Shown: positions 61,001 through 64,000 of the stretch, one piece after another
Position numbering within the stretch: the first letter of the stretch is position 1
Layout: each line of letters opens with the position of its first letter
From: Squalus acanthias
Lineage: Eukaryota
DNA length: 64,000 nt
NCBI GenBank assembly: GCA_030390025.1
Contig: CM059432.1
Span: 97,342,001 to 97,406,000 of the forward strand
Reading direction: 5' to 3'
Translations under genes and position numbers: made by a program
Notes under the pieces: generated by a model
What the model saw: the letters and a program-made list of their open reading frames with translations, nothing else
Database searches by the model: none
Told to the model about the DNA's origin: nothing

Positions 61001-62081
61001 TGTTCCTCTTCTGCTTCTTCCTCTTCTGTGTCTTCCTCTTCCCTCTGCGAGTGGATGCTGTAAATCTGAAATGCCAGCATAAAATGCTGGAAATACTCAG
61101 CTGATCAGGCAGCATCTCGACCTGAGACGTGAACTTTGTTTTTCTGTGCATGGATGTTGCCTGACCAGCTGAGTATTTACAGCATTTTATGTTATCTCAA
61201 AGGCCTTCCTTTACCATCTGAGCCCTTGCAAGCACTCCCTCCACACTTAAAAAACTTTTAACATCTGTTTCAGCAAGCCACTACTTCAATAAAATCAACA
61301 ACAAAAAAAGTCAAAAAGCTGAAATATAAACTTACCTGAAAGATGTGTGTGTCCCTTTAAGAGGCGCTGACAGCACCTCTGTCAGTCTGCTTGCGTGCCA
61401 GGCTAACCTGAATTCAATGCGAGGGTCGAAGTTTGCGTTTGTGATGTCAAGTCGGTGTTACACGCCGATTGATGTCACAACCCCGCCATTTTGTCCAGCA
61501 TGGCGCCGCCAGTTACTGGTAAGAAACAAAATGGTGGCCGCCGCGGGACCTGCCAGCAGCTGGTGAAAGAGCGGCGGCCAGCGTTTTAGCGCCATTTAAT
61601 GGCGCTATGGAGTAGTGCTCAGGCCATGAAATTCTAGCCCAAGATGTGCTAAAATGTGGTCAATCACACAATCTGTTTGAGATTTAGGTGGCCAAACAGA
61701 TACTTGACTTGTGGTAAATGCATTTGGCTCTTGGTTGTAGAAGTAAAAAAAAACTATTCCAACAACTAAGCAAATAACTAAGGGTAAGTTATCAGGTAGA
61801 TTCATATTTCAGTTTAGGTCTTGCTTTGAATGGTCTGAAATTCAGGCCACCTGAATCTAAATTCAAATCTTCAGATCATATTTCAAATTCACACTATTCC
61901 CATGCAATGTCTCTTACAAGGACTTGGATTCCTGCTAGGTATGCTGATCTGAATGCCAATGATATACCCATTCTTTTTAACACAGGTATCTCACACTTAA
62001 GGTCACATATAGTTTGACCTGTCGTAAGCAACATGGATATCTGTTATTTGAAATGTTGGCATAATGCTTCATATCATAGCT

Positions 62082-64000
62082 CAACAACAACAACAACTTG
62101 TATTTATATATTGCCTTTAATGTAGTAAAATGTCCCAAGGCGTTTCACAGGAGTGTTATAAGACAAAAAACAGGAGAAAGTAGGGCAGGTGGCCAAAAGC
62201 TTGGTCAAAGAGGTAGGTTTTAAGGAGCGTCTTAATGGAGGAAAGAGAGGTAGAGAGGCGGAGAGGTTTAGGGGGGGAATTCCAGAGCTTAGGGCCTAGA
62301 TAGCTGAAGGCACGGCCACCGATGGTTGAGTGATTATAATCAGGGATGCTCAAGAGGGCAGAATTAGAGGAGCGCAGATATCTCGTGGGGGTTTTGGGAG
62401 GAGATTACTGAGATAGGGAGGGGTGAGGCCATGGAGGGATTTGAAAATAAAGGATGAGAATTTTGAAATCGAGGCGTTGCTTAACCGGGAGCCAATGTAG
62501 GTCAGTGAGCACAGGGGTGATGGGTGAACGGAACTTGGTGCGAGTTAGGACACGGGCAGCTGAGTTTTGGATGACCTCAAGTTTATGTAGGGTAGAACAT
62601 GGGAGGCCAGCCAGGAATGCATTGAAATAGTCAAGTCTAGAGGTAACAGGCATGGATGAGGGTTTCAGCATCAGATGAGGCAGGGGCAGAGATGGGCGAT
62701 GTTACAGAGGTGGAAATAGGCGGTCTTAGTTAGGCTGCGGATATGTGATCAGAAGGTAATTTCAGGGTCAAATATGACAAAAAGGTTGCGAACAGTGTGG
62801 TTCAGCCTCAGACAGATGTTCGGGAGAAGGATGGAGTCAGTGGCAAGGGAACGGAGTTTGTGGCGGGGACTGAAAACAATTTGGAGAAAATTTCTACTCA
62901 TCCAGTACTGGATGTCGGACAAGCAGTCTGACAATTTAGAGACTGTGGAGGGGGCCGAGAGACGTGGTGGTGAGGTAGAGCTGGATGTCGCCAGCGTACA
63001 TGTGGAAATTGATGCTGTGTTTTCGGATGATGTCACCATGGGGCAGCATGTAGATGAGAAATAGGAGTGGGCCAAGGATAGATCCTTGGGGGACACCAGA
63101 GGTAACGATGCGGGAGCAGGAAGAGAAGCCATTGCAGGTGATTCTCTGGTTACGATTAGATAGATAAGAATGGAACCAGGCGAGTGCAGTCCCACCCAGC
63201 TGGACGACGTTGGAGAAGGATGGAGTGGTCAACCGTGTCAAAGGTTGCAGACAAGTCGAGAAGGACGAGGAGGGATAGTTTACCTTTGTCACAGTCACAA
63301 AAGATGTCATTTGTGACTTTGATGAGAGCCATTTCGGTACTTTGGCAGGGGTGGAAACCTGATTGGAGGGATTCAAACATGGAGTTCTGGGAAAGATGGG
63401 CATGGATTTGGGAGGCGACAATATGTTCAAGGACTTTGGAGAGGAAAGGGAGGTAGGAGATGGGATGGTAGTTTTCAAGGACGGAGAGGTCAAGGTTTGG
63501 TTTTTTGAGGAGAGGGGTGATGATGGTAGATTTGAAGAGAGGGGGACAGTACCTGAGAGAGAGAATCGTTAACAATGTCTGCTAACATGGGAGCCAGCAA
63601 AGGAAGTTAGGTGGTCAGCAGTTTGGTGGGAATAGGGTTGAGGGAGCAGGAAGTGGGTCTCATGGACAAGATGAGCGCGGAGAGGTCATGAGGGGAGATT
63701 GGAGAGAAATTGGAGAAAGATACGACTTCAGAGCTAGGGCAGGGGGGAACCTTAGAGGAAGTTTGGCTCGGTGGGCTAGGGGAAGGAAGGGAAGTGGCAG
63801 AGGCAGCTGAACAGATGGTCTCAATCTTAGAGACAAAGAAGTCCATGAGCTCCTCACACTTGTTGTTGGAGGTGAGGATGGAAGAGATGGGGAGAGGGGT
63901 TTAAGAAGACGGTTATCAGTAGAGAATAGAAATCGGGGGTTACCTTTGCATTCCAAAATGATCCTGGAATAGTGAGCAGTTTTGGCAGACGTGAGCAGGA
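62082..64000 (-). mobile_element. L2 LINE (RT region and 3' end), runs off the window
   Basis: ENYHPISYLPFLSKVLEH...QSGFHP..STEMAL..V.ND...LLDLSATFDTVDH, GVPQGSILGPLLFLIY...YAGDIQLY, SRLDYFNAFL and LHWLPVKQRLDFK, with a (TTG)n tail at 62082-62097. Confidence 0.92.

Larger units (their letters stand above)
58551..61640 (+). mobile_element. Non-autonomous Harbinger, same subfamily as 29316-31391 in opposite orientation, with nested CR1 and V-SINE
   Basis: 59476-60625 and 61020-61260 are reverse-complement homologous to 30990-29560 (MVQQAREGAP vs MVQQAKEGAP). Ends GGGGGAGAAATTC / GAAATTCTAGCCC match at 10/13. Confidence 0.75.

Noticed and set aside
1..64000. Prokaryotic features (operons, CRISPR, rRNA)
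   Set aside because: None seen; the content is vertebrate repeat DNA and most short ORFs in the track are antisense or off-frame shadows of repeats.

Overview
This is eukaryotic, repeat-dominated DNA. The repeat families present (HE1/V-SINE, SacSINE1-type DeuSINE, CR1, RTE, L2, Penelope-like, Harbinger) suggest a cartilaginous fish, probably a shark; this is inferred from recognition, not from a search. I could not recognise any host protein-coding exon. The window is a nested transposon landscape whose layers can often be ordered by target-site duplications (TSDs). (1) A very young 2.6-kb palindromic Penelope-like element (36032-38666) has about 1.13-kb near-identical inverted arms, RT and GIY-YIG coding sequence, a minimal hammerhead ribozyme in each arm, a one-sided ~39-nt tail and a 12-bp TSD. 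(2) The same inverted-arms, one-sided-tail, 12-14-bp-TSD architecture recurs at 155 bp (1021-1175) and 7.2 kb (3570-10814), and a further hammerhead copy (672-708) shows compensatory stem-I changes. (3) Six PIF/Harbinger elements carry a spliced Myb/SANT-like gene, usually convergent with a HARBI1-type DDE nuclease or its remnant, alongside derived MITEs; two of them share a captured Penelope inverted remnant. (4) Two long solo LTRs (1266 and 1621 bp, 4-bp TSDs) both sit inside Harbinger elements. (5) An internally deleted Gypsy element has short LTRs and a tRNA-Ser-like PBS. Nearly all coding remnants are pseudogenised or truncated.
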